DNA of 64,000 nucleotides. Source: Acidimicrobiia bacterium (GTDB lineage: Bacteria > Actinomycetota > Acidimicrobiia > Spongiisociales > ZC4RG35). Positions within the stretch are counted from its first letter, which is position 1. Each line of letters opens with the position of its first letter. Shown here piece after piece: positions 28,676 to 37,017 of the stretch. The position numbers and the translations under genes were made by a program. Below the pieces are notes generated by a model that was given only the letters and a program-made list of their open reading frames with translations, was not told the origin of the DNA and ran no database searches. The stretch is from positions 439 through 64,438 of the forward strand of contig CBDCBK010000007.1 of NCBI GenBank assembly GCA_965214265.1, given 5' to 3'.

Positions 28676-29818
28676 TCAGGGCGACTCTCCGCTGCCTGTC
28701 AGGCTGTCCTTGCCCTGGGTCAACCATTCCAGGTCGAATCTGGCGAAGGTGATCTTTTCGTAGGGGGTCTGGCCGCCTCTCTCGTAGAGGCAGCCGGCCG
28801 TCATGTCGGGAAGCACCGTCAGGCAGGAGTAGGCGGACGGCCCGGCATGAACCTGGCGGAAGACGGGCCAGGTGCGGCCGTCATCGTAGCTGAGACGAAC
28901 CGTCATGTTCCTGCGCTCGATGGCGGCCGGGTTGGAAAAGAGGAGCCGGTTTCTATCGTGATCCAGCCGGTTGGTGAAGTTCGAGAGGCTGGCCTGGCAG
29001 CGAGGCTCGACCAGAGCCGGATCCAGGCTGACCTCCGACCAGCTCATCCCCCCGTCAGTGCTTCTGCTGATTCTGCGCCGGTTCCCCTCGGTCCCTCGCA
29101 TGTTCAGTAGCAAGGTTCCATCGCTCAGCTCCGCCACCTGGCTCTCGTTGGTGGTCCCGTTCGTGTGAGCTTCGCTGCCGATCGTCCAGGACTCTCCGTG
29201 GTCGTCGCTGAAGACCACGTGAGAAGCCGCGTAACCGTCCTTCACAAAATACTTGGGGACGATCAGGCGTCCGCTTCGCATCTGCATGCCCTTGCCGGGT
29301 CCGGGGGACCCGGAGTTCCACTCGGGCTTCTTGAACATGGGCGTGAGGTCTATCTTGTCCGACCAGGTCCGGCCGTCGTCAGTGCTCTTGATGGCCCAGT
29401 ACATGAAGGTATCGCCCGACAGTCCCGGCTTGGCCGTGCCGGTGCCGACCCCCACCGGACAGTAGACGGTGAATACCCAGATGGTGCCCGTCTTCCGGTC
29501 GACCAGTCCGCAGGAATCGGCCGTGGCGCCCTCTCCAACGTCCAGCAACACCCGGAGCGGTCCCCAGGTCCTGCCCTGGTCGGTGCTCCGTTTCATGACC
29601 AGGTCGATGTTGTTGGGCGGGTCTCCCGGTCTTTCCACCCGGGCGTCGCAGAAAGCCAGCAATGTCCCCTTGGTGGATGTCAGCAGCACCGGGATGCGAA
29701 ACTGAGCCACGCCGTCCTGACCGGCGACAAACACGTCGGTCTGTTCGAAGAGCCCGGGCCGGGACCGGTCGGTATCCGAATCGCCGGGCCCCGGAAAGCA
29801 GGCCGAAGCACACAGCAT
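28676..29818 (-). CDS. GH33 exo-alpha-sialidase (BNR/Asp-box beta-propeller).
   Basis: 'FRIPVLL' RIP motif plus five Asp-boxes: 'STDQGRTW', 'STDDGRTW', 'SDDHGESW', 'STDGGMSW', 'SYDDGRTW'. The start is uncertain because signal-peptide-like codons lie upstream of the ATG. Confidence 0.85.
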   Translation of the reverse strand: MLCASACFPGPGDSDTDRSRPGLFEQTDVFVAGQDGVAQFRIPVLLTSTKGTLLAFCDARVERPGDPPNNIDLVMKRSTDQGRTWGPLRVLLDVGEGATADSCGLVDRKTGTIWVFTVYCPVGVGTGTAKPGLSGDTFMYWAIKSTDDGRTWSDKIDLTPMFKKPEWNSGSPGPGKGMQMRSGRLIVPKYFVKDGYAASHVVFSDDHGESWTIGSEAHTNGTTNESQVAELSDGTLLLNMRGTEGNRRRISRSTDGGMSWSEVSLDPALVEPRCQASLSNFTNRLDHDRNRLLFSNPAAIERRNMTVRLSYDDGRTWPVFRQVHAGPSAYSCLTVLPDMTAGCLYERGGQTPYEKITFARFDLEWLTQGKDSLTGSGESP

Positions 29819-29868
29819 CGCCGTCGCCAGCAGACAGTGCAGAGGGTGTCTTCACGGGGGAGCTCCTC

Positions 29869-30885
29869 TCAGGACGCAGTCTCTTCGGCTTCGGGAAGAT
29901 CCGCGCGGTGCGGTGTCGGTTCACCGGGCCGCCAATCGAGCGCGTAAAGGGTGGTGGATACCGGTCGATGGTCGACGGCTGAATAGCGATCGGTTTGAAA
30001 CAGCTTCCGCAACTGCTCGGCGGGCAGGGGCGGTTGCCACCCGGTAAAGAGGCGGTTGCTGATTTCGGCAACCTGCTCGCCCGTCAGAGCCGGATGTCGA
30101 CGAGGGAGGCGGTCAGGGGGCTGGTAGGTGGCGCCCGAAAGAATGGAGGTCGGCTTTTCCAGGAAGCAGCGCACCCGATCGAAAGAGCGGTAGTCGAGAT
30201 AAGCCCACTGAAAATCATCGAACTCCAGGCTGCGACCCACTTCCAACCGTTGGGGGTCCAGCAGGACCACGGGGCCGGTCTCGACGCGGAAGGTGTCGTC
30301 CGGGTTTCCGTCAGCCCATTTCACCGGGTACTCGATCAGGTAACCTCGCGAAGGATCGTCCCCCACGAATTCGCTTCGGGCCACCAGGGGACGCCAGGAT
30401 TGAACGGCCTCACGGATGTCCTTCCCGGAGGCCAGCAATTTGGCCGGAGTGGGTTGAAGGCGCCAACCGCTGGAATGGAACCGGTCCACTTTCGGCCGGC
30501 TGGGATTGAGGTTGTAGGAGGAGGTGTGGACCCGACGGATCAACACATGCTTTCTGGAGAAAATCATCCAGAAGTCGTATCCCGGATCGAGGTGGTCGGA
30601 CGGCGGGTTGGTCCTCAGGCCTGTTTGGGTCCGGACCGTCAGGAAGTACTCGTCCGAGCGGCCGCTGGAACGGTCGAAGACCTGGCACCGGCATTCGATC
30701 TGGATGCGGACCAAGATCTTTTGGTTCTGGGGGATGTAGTAGCAGAAGGAGCGGGAAAAGTCCGTGGCGGTGGTTTGGGTTTGATTGGACGGTCGATTCA
30801 GACAGGCCGCCAGGGGCAGCGAGCTCAGAGAGAGGGCGCCGGCCAGCCAGGTCCGGCGGTTGACGGCCTTTGGTGTGATTTCCAT
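29869..30885 (-). CDS. Hypothetical exported protein with a TAT/lipoprotein-like N-terminus.
   Basis: 'MEITPKAVNRRTWLAGALSLSSLPLAAC' is followed by 310 aa with no motif I recognise. It has coding-like composition and sits between DUF1501 and the sialidase on the same strand. Confidence 0.6.
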   Translation of the reverse strand: MEITPKAVNRRTWLAGALSLSSLPLAACLNRPSNQTQTTATDFSRSFCYYIPQNQKILVRIQIECRCQVFDRSSGRSDEYFLTVRTQTGLRTNPPSDHLDPGYDFWMIFSRKHVLIRRVHTSSYNLNPSRPKVDRFHSSGWRLQPTPAKLLASGKDIREAVQSWRPLVARSEFVGDDPSRGYLIEYPVKWADGNPDDTFRVETGPVVLLDPQRLEVGRSLEFDDFQWAYLDYRSFDRVRCFLEKPTSILSGATYQPPDRLPRRHPALTGEQVAEISNRLFTGWQPPLPAEQLRKLFQTDRYSAVDHRPVSTTLYALDWRPGEPTPHRADLPEAEETAS

Positions 30886-30999
30886 GGGTCCCCTTTCGAA
30901 CCGGAGCGGCCGGCTGCGGGCGCCGGCAGTGAGGATTCAAAGCCAGCTTTGAAGACCAAGATTCATCGGATGGCCCCGAATTCCCGATTGGAACTGCCG

Positions 31000-31018
31000 T
31001 TAACCCGCATTTCTACCC
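31000..31018. mobile_element. Solo MITE terminal repeat.
   Basis: 'TTAA CCCGCATTTCTACCC', one deletion relative to the consensus. No partner end lies nearby. Confidence 0.45.
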
Positions 31019-31071
31019 GGAGAGCTGGACCCGAATCGAGAATCGTTCAGCCGCGGCCCTTCGATTTGGAA

Positions 31072-32568
31072 TCAGGCGATGACGTCGGTGATGGGGTGGC
31101 CAAAATCCATTTCCAGCCGCTTGCGTCCGGGGACTGCCAACCTGCGGGGGTCGAGGCCCAGCAGATGCAGCACGGTGGCGTGGGCGTCGGTGACGTAGTG
31201 ACGGTCCTGGACGGCGTGAAAACCCAACTCGTCGGTGGCGCCGTGAACGTGTCCGCCCTTGACGCCGCCGCCCGCCATCCAGATGGAGAAGGCGTAGGGA
31301 TGGTGGTCTCGTCCGCTGGCTCCTTCCGCGCCGGGGGTTCGGCCGAACTCGGTGGCCCAGACTACCAGCGTTTCATCCAGCAGGCCGCGCTGCTTGAGGT
31401 CCCTCAACAGCCCGGCGATGGGTTTGTCGACCTTCCGGCACAAACCGTTGTAGCTCTTCTTCAACGCCCGGTGGGCGTCCCAGCGATTGCCCGAGGTGCC
31501 GTGATAGACTTGCACGAATCGCACCCCCCGCTCGGATAGTCGTCGCGCCGCCAGGCATACCTCGCCGAAGGGTCGTGTTGCCTCCTCTTCCAGGCCATAG
31601 AGCCGGCGGGTCTCCTCTCCCTCCTGCCTGAACTGCAGGGCCTCGGGAACCGCGGTCTGCATGCGGAAAGCCAATTCGTAGGACTTGATGCGTGCCTGCA
31701 ACTTGGGATCTTCCGGGTAATTCACTGCCGACAGCCGGTGCAGCCGCTCCAGCAACTCGTACTCACGCTTCTGCTCGGCCCGGTAGACATCGGGGCCGGG
31801 TGAGGCGAAGGGAAGGGGGTTTTCCGGGTCCACCTCAATGGGCACCCCGGTATTGGCGGGGCCGAGATAGCCGGCGCCGTGGGTTCCGATGCCGCCGCAA
31901 CAGTCCCCGGGCGGTTCCCCCAGCACTATGAACCGCGGCAGGTTCTCGTTCAGCGATCCCAGTCCGTAGTGCACCCAGGAACCGATGGTCGGCAGGTAGC
32001 CGTCGAAGATATGGCGTCCGGTGTGGAACTGCAGGATGGCTCCGTGGTTGTTGTCGGTGGTCCACATGGAGCGAATGACCGAGAGGTCGTCGACGCATTG
32101 CCCCAGGTGGGGCCACCAGTCGCTCACCTCGATGCCGCTCTGCCCGCGCTTGCGGAAGCCGATTTGCAAGGGGTAGACCTTGGTTCGTATGTGCCGCAGG
32201 TCGCCGGTGAGGAAAGGCCGGAGGTTGTCCTTGGTGTAGCTGGCGGTGAGCGCGCCGCCGTGGGGCGTCTCGGCGATGGACATGCCGGCGTACCGGTTCA
32301 GGGCGGGCTTGGGATCGAAGCTTTCCAGGTGGCTGACCCCTCCCAGCATGAAGATCCAGATCACCCGCTTGGCTTTGGGAGTGAAGTGGGGTTGGCCGTC
32401 GGGGGGCGACCAGGGGACAGCCGACGGAGTCGCCGCAAGCCCGTCGCGGGCCAGCATGGTGCCCAACACCAGCCCGGTGAAACCCATGCCGGCGTCGGCC
32501 AGAAAGACGCGGCGGCTGGACCCGCAGCACCCGGTCGCTTGGAAGGGAAGAGGTTTTTTCATGGCCAC
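31072..32568 (-). CDS. DUF1501 family protein (sulfatase-like fold) with a TAT signal.
   Basis: 'SRRVFLADAGMGFTGLVLGTMLA' twin-arginine leader. Conserved 'DNHG', 'WATEFGRTP', 'GRDHHP.AF..W.AGGG.KGG' stretches are typical of DUF1501. It lies 3 nt downstream of the PSCyt gene. Confidence 0.9.
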   Translation of the reverse strand: MAMKKPLPFQATGCCGSSRRVFLADAGMGFTGLVLGTMLARDGLAATPSAVPWSPPDGQPHFTPKAKRVIWIFMLGGVSHLESFDPKPALNRYAGMSIAETPHGGALTASYTKDNLRPFLTGDLRHIRTKVYPLQIGFRKRGQSGIEVSDWWPHLGQCVDDLSVIRSMWTTDNNHGAILQFHTGRHIFDGYLPTIGSWVHYGLGSLNENLPRFIVLGEPPGDCCGGIGTHGAGYLGPANTGVPIEVDPENPLPFASPGPDVYRAEQKREYELLERLHRLSAVNYPEDPKLQARIKSYELAFRMQTAVPEALQFRQEGEETRRLYGLEEEATRPFGEVCLAARRLSERGVRFVQVYHGTSGNRWDAHRALKKSYNGLCRKVDKPIAGLLRDLKQRGLLDETLVVWATEFGRTPGAEGASGRDHHPYAFSIWMAGGGVKGGHVHGATDELGFHAVQDRHYVTDAHATVLHLLGLDPRRLAVPGRKRLEMDFGHPITDVIA

Positions 32569-32571
32569 CGC

Positions 32572-35500
32572 CTAGCGGATCGTCACGAATTCGTTGTGGT
32601 TGAACAGCACGTGCACCAGGCTCTCCCGCGCCCGCAGGAGCGGATCGGCGGAGGGCGGTACTTTTTCGTTCCTGACCCCTGCGTCGAAGGCCTCAAGATC
32701 GGCCGCGCCCTTGTAAGTCCCGGCCTGGGCCAGCAGAAACTTGCGGGATTCCATGCGTTCCCGGTTCGACGGGGCCCGTCCCAGGATGGCGTCAAAGGCC
32801 CGGTCGACGAACCGTCCCTGACGGCCTTCCGCCTGCCCGGCCCCTGCACTGAGACTCCGCGCCAGGATTCGGGACATCGACAGGCTCACCGGGCTGTTGG
32901 AAAGCGACAGCGCCTGATGGGGCGTGATGCTTTCGTTTCGCCGGAAGCACTCGTTGGGGCTGGGCGCGTCCCACACCTTGAGAAAGGCCGCCTGCGTGTC
33001 GGGCGTGTGCTGAAAGTAGAGACTGCGGCGCGGCAGCTCCCCTGCCTTGCCGGCTGCGATCTCGGGTCCGCCCATGGTGGAATCGAGTTGGCCGGCGAGG
33101 TAGAGCAAGCTGTCCCGGACGACTTCCGACTCCATGCGCCGGGGATTCATGCGCCAGAGATGGGAGTTGTCCGGATCCGTCACGCGGCCGGGATGATCCC
33201 GGGGAGCGGCCGACTGCATGCGGTAGGTGTTGCTGGTGACCATCAGGCGGTGCAGGTGCTTCATGCTCCAGCCGCTTTCCATGAATTCCACGGCCAGCCA
33301 GTCCAGCAGATCCGGATGGGAGGGGGGGCGACCGCTGGAACCGAAGTTGTCGACGGTGGAGACCAGCCCTTCGCCGAAGTGGCGTAGCCACAGGTGGTTG
33401 ACGGCTACCCTGGCCGTCAGGGGGTTATTGGGATTGGCGATCCAGCGGGCCAGCGCCAGGCGGCGCCCGGTGCTGGTACGGGGATAGCCGGGACCGACCG
33501 CCGTATGGACTTCGGTGGGCCCCTTCAGGGATTCGACGGCTGCTTCCAGCTTTTTTTGGGCCTCGGCGATCTTTTTCTCGTCGGCGAATTTCTCACTCTT
33601 CTCGGGCGGGTCCTTTCTCTGCCCGGGCTGGGGGGCTTTGGCTGCTTTCGGCTTAGGATTGGGGTTGAGCAAGGCTTCGCTGAGCTCCTGCCTGGCTTCC
33701 AGCAACTCGGCCTCGGCCTTGAGAATGCGCGCCTTGCGTTCCTCGCGGAGCGCGGCGGCGGCCAGCGCCTCGGCGTCAAGGCCCGGGATCAGGCCATGCC
33801 TGCCCTTGTCGGCCTCAATGCGGGCTTCCAGCGCCGGCAGATGGGCGCGGGCGGCCCGCAGGCGTTTGTGGGCCAGGGCGACCCGGTTCCGTGCCTGGCG
33901 CCGCGCCGCAGCCGCCTCTTCTTCGGTCTGCCCGGGCGCTTCGGGAGTTGCGGCATCCTCCCCAACGCCCGGCGCCGCCGGAGCCGGTGGCCTCTTTGAT
34001 CCCTCCACTTCCGCCAGGGCCGCGGCGGCCTCCGCCACCTCCGATTCGGCCTGGCGGATATTGTCCCTGGCTGCCTGGATCAGGTCCTCATGCACGAAGG
34101 CGCGCACGGCGGGGTAGGAGACTTCCAGCGGCAACCGGATGGGCTCGACCTTCAGGATTGCCTGGCCGAAGAGGCGCGGCACTCCCGGACTCAGCGGGCG
34201 GTCCTCATCCGGACTGGCCTCGTTGCCCCGCAGGAAGCGGTAGGTCTGGGCGCCGGCGTCGGCGTCGTAAGCCCGGGTCAGTCCGTCCTTCCCGAGGTCG
34301 GGTTGTCCCGAAACACGGTCCATGCGGATTTGGTGAGGCTCGAAGACGGCCCGCAGCCGGTAGTAGTCGGTCTGCAGTATGGGGTCGTACTTGTGATCAT
34401 GGCAGCGCGCGCACTTGACCGTCAGACCCAGAAAGGAGGCTCCGGCGTATTCCACCGTCTCCTGCAGCCAGACGTTGCGGTTGAACCGGTACCAACTACG
34501 GGCCAGGTAGCCGGTGGCGCGGACGACGTCCGGGTCGCCGGGAGCCAGCTCGTCACCCGCGAACATCTCCAGCACCATGCGATCGTAACCCTTGTCCTCA
34601 TTGACCGATTCGACGATCCAATCCCGCCAGCGCCACAGGTGGCGGTGGCTGTAGCGGACCTGGTTGGTTTTTGTCCAGCCGTACCAGTCGCTGTAGCGCC
34701 AGATGTCCATCCAGTGGCGCCCCCAGCGTTCGCCGTAACGGGGACTGCCCAGCAGCCTGTCCACCACTCGTTCGTAGGCCTCGTCGGAATTGTCGGCCAG
34801 GAAGGCAGCCGTCTCTTCGGGGGTCGGCGGCAGGCCGGTCAGGTCCAGAAAGACACGCCGCAGCAACATCCGCTTGCTGGCGGCGCTCACCGGCTGGAGG
34901 CCTCGCTTCCGGTGCTCGGCGGCCACAAAGGCGTCGATCGGGTTCCGAACCCAGCCCGGAGTGTCAACCCGCGGTGGCGATGGCCGGGCGGGGGGCTGAA
35001 AAGCCCAGTGGGCGGTGGGGATGGCGCCGGAGGAGGCCTTCAGGGTTCCTTCGAAAGGCGCCCCGGCGTCGATCCAGTGGGCCAGGGCGTCGATGGTCTT
35101 CTGCTCCAGCCTGGGTGAGCGGAAGGGCATGTGGGGCTCGATTTGGTGGGCCACGGCCCGGTGGAGGAGGCTGGCGCGGGCATCCCCCGGTGCGACCGCC
35201 GCCCCGTTCTCACCGCCGTCCAGCATGGCCGCCCGGTTGGAGAGGTCCAGTCCGGAAGCCCTGGTCTCCGGTGAGTGGCATTTCAGACAGGTGGATTCGA
35301 AGAGCGGCTTTACCCGCTCGACAAAGAGTTTCCGCCCCGCGGCTCGTCTGGCATCCTCTCGGGACAGGTCGGCCGTCCCGTCCTCGGGGTAGAGGGCGCC
35401 GGCCGAGATCCACCGGCTGAGGCGGTCGATTTCCGCTTGGGGCAGGCGCTCGCCGCCCATCGGCATGAAGGGTTGTTTGCGATGGGTCACGAGCTGGATC

Positions 35501-35943
35501 AGCAGGCTGGCTTCGGGGTTTCCCGGGACCAAGGCCGGCCCCCGCTCGCCGCCCCGCAGGGCGGCTGCCCGGGTCGAGAGGTCGAGTCTGGAAACCGTGG
35601 AGCCGGCCTGGTGGCAAGACAGGCACCGGGTCTCGAGAATCGGCTGGATGTGTTGCTGGAAATAGGTGGGGCTGCCCGCGTCCGTGGCCGCGGCGGGATC
35701 GCCGCCTGTTGCCGGCCGGGCCCAAAGCAAGGCCGCCGCAACCAAGGCAGCCACCATCATGCCGGAGACAATTCTCAATCCCCTTGCCGGATCGGTGACT
35801 CGCATGAATGTCCAGGCCAGTTGAGGTCCATTGATAAGCCTCCCAAACATAACATAAACCCGCCATCGGCCGCACGGCCCGGTTCGAAAGCGGTCTGTTG
35901 CTTCCGATTCAGGGACCGAGGCTGGCGGGAGTCCGGCTGGCAT
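32572..35943 (-). CDS. PSCyt1/PSCyt2-DUF1549-DUF1553 (planctomycete-type cytochrome-c-like) protein.
   Basis: Two 'C..CH' haem-like motifs in repeated context ('ETRCLSCHQAGS', 'ESTCLKCHSPET') and 'CARCHDHKYDPI'. Long coiled Ala/Glu/Lys linker. The real start is probably internal ('MRVTDPARGLRIVSGMMVAALVAAALLWA', ~35805). Confidence 0.9.
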   Translation of the reverse strand: MPAGLPPASVPESEATDRFRTGPCGRWRVYVMFGRLINGPQLAWTFMRVTDPARGLRIVSGMMVAALVAAALLWARPATGGDPAAATDAGSPTYFQQHIQPILETRCLSCHQAGSTVSRLDLSTRAAALRGGERGPALVPGNPEASLLIQLVTHRKQPFMPMGGERLPQAEIDRLSRWISAGALYPEDGTADLSREDARRAAGRKLFVERVKPLFESTCLKCHSPETRASGLDLSNRAAMLDGGENGAAVAPGDARASLLHRAVAHQIEPHMPFRSPRLEQKTIDALAHWIDAGAPFEGTLKASSGAIPTAHWAFQPPARPSPPRVDTPGWVRNPIDAFVAAEHRKRGLQPVSAASKRMLLRRVFLDLTGLPPTPEETAAFLADNSDEAYERVVDRLLGSPRYGERWGRHWMDIWRYSDWYGWTKTNQVRYSHRHLWRWRDWIVESVNEDKGYDRMVLEMFAGDELAPGDPDVVRATGYLARSWYRFNRNVWLQETVEYAGASFLGLTVKCARCHDHKYDPILQTDYYRLRAVFEPHQIRMDRVSGQPDLGKDGLTRAYDADAGAQTYRFLRGNEASPDEDRPLSPGVPRLFGQAILKVEPIRLPLEVSYPAVRAFVHEDLIQAARDNIRQAESEVAEAAAALAEVEGSKRPPAPAAPGVGEDAATPEAPGQTEEEAAAARRQARNRVALAHKRLRAARAHLPALEARIEADKGRHGLIPGLDAEALAAAALREERKARILKAEAELLEARQELSEALLNPNPKPKAAKAPQPGQRKDPPEKSEKFADEKKIAEAQKKLEAAVESLKGPTEVHTAVGPGYPRTSTGRRLALARWIANPNNPLTARVAVNHLWLRHFGEGLVSTVDNFGSSGRPPSHPDLLDWLAVEFMESGWSMKHLHRLMVTSNTYRMQSAAPRDHPGRVTDPDNSHLWRMNPRRMESEVVRDSLLYLAGQLDSTMGGPEIAAGKAGELPRRSLYFQHTPDTQAAFLKVWDAPSPNECFRRNESITPHQALSLSNSPVSLSMSRILARSLSAGAGQAEGRQGRFVDRAFDAILGRAPSNRERMESRKFLLAQAGTYKGAADLEAFDAGVRNEKVPPSADPLLRARESLVHVLFNHNEFVTIR

Positions 35944-36278
35944 TTGGCTGGCCGTATGGCATAATCTCAGAGGCTTCGCGGCTGAGTACCGTGCTTAGCG
36001 TGGTTTTGGAGAGGCGGCGCGTTCCCGAACGACGCTTTTTTGAAACCAATTGAGGGACTAACGACGAACGACCAAAAAAGAAATCCACGAAGGGCCACGA
36101 AGAACGGCGAAGGGCCACTAAGGGGTTGGAGGAGGCTCGAGAGGGTTCCGCCAAAGGTCGGGAAGGGGGTCCGCGAAGGGACTCCAAGGGGTTGGAAAAG
36201 ACTCGAAAGGGGGTCCGTGAAGGGCCACGAAGAAAGACACCAAGGGAAAAAAGATATCCACCAAGGGGCAGGAAGTCA

Positions 36279-36960
36279 TCATCCCATGACATCGTCACAC
36301 CAAGGGCACCAAATTGCAGAAGCATCTTGGCGCCGCTTGTCGTTGAAGCAGGTCCATCTGTCTTCTGGTCTATTTGTGTCTATTCGTGTCCATTTGTGGT
36401 TCATTTTCATTAACGATCGGCCGTTTTTCCTGGAATGATCGGCACGGCCGGGCGGGGGCCCGGCTCGCGGGCAAACGGGAGTTTTCCAAAGGGTGCATGT
36501 CGACATTCTGAGAAGTTGCCCGCCAGACACCCCCCACCGCACCGCCGGGACGGCATCGCCTGGGAGCGCGGGCGTCCCGCCCGCATCCTGTCCCTTTGGC
36601 CGCCGCTGAGCTTCAGTGCGATGCTGCAGGCAGCCACCCTGTCGGCGGAAACCTCATCGGCCAGGCAAAGGGAAAGCCCGGGCGCCGTTCCCGGTTGTTG
36701 CAAGTGGGGGAGATGGCCGTGGCTGTGCCAGGCTTGGTGCGGGCGGGACGCCCGCGCTCCCGGGAAGCCTTCATCCCATGACATCGTCACACCAAGGGCA
36801 CAGAATTGCAGAAGCATTTTGGCGCCGCTTGTCGTTGAAGGATGTCCATCTGTCTTCTGGTCTATTTGTGTTCCTTCGTGTCCATTGGTGGTTCATCTTC
36901 ATTAACGATCGGCCGTTTTTCCTCGAATGATCCGCACGGCAGGGCGGGGGCCCGGCTAAA
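36279..36960 (-). repeat. About 1.4 tandem copies (period 492 bp) of a shorter variant of the composite repeat, in inverse orientation to 26690-28350.
   Basis: 'ATCCCATGACATCGTCACACCAAGGGCAC' at 36281 and 36773. It holds the same hairpin core 'GGGAGCGCGGGCGTCCCGCCCGCA' (36562-36585) / 'TGCGGGCGGGACGCCCGCGCTCCC' (36739-36762). Modules align with the reverse complement of 26795-27265. Confidence 0.75.
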
Positions 36961-37017
36961 CAGGTACCCCGCTCAAGCCCGGGGGGAAGCCATTCAATTG
37001 ACGGTTGATCTCAACGC

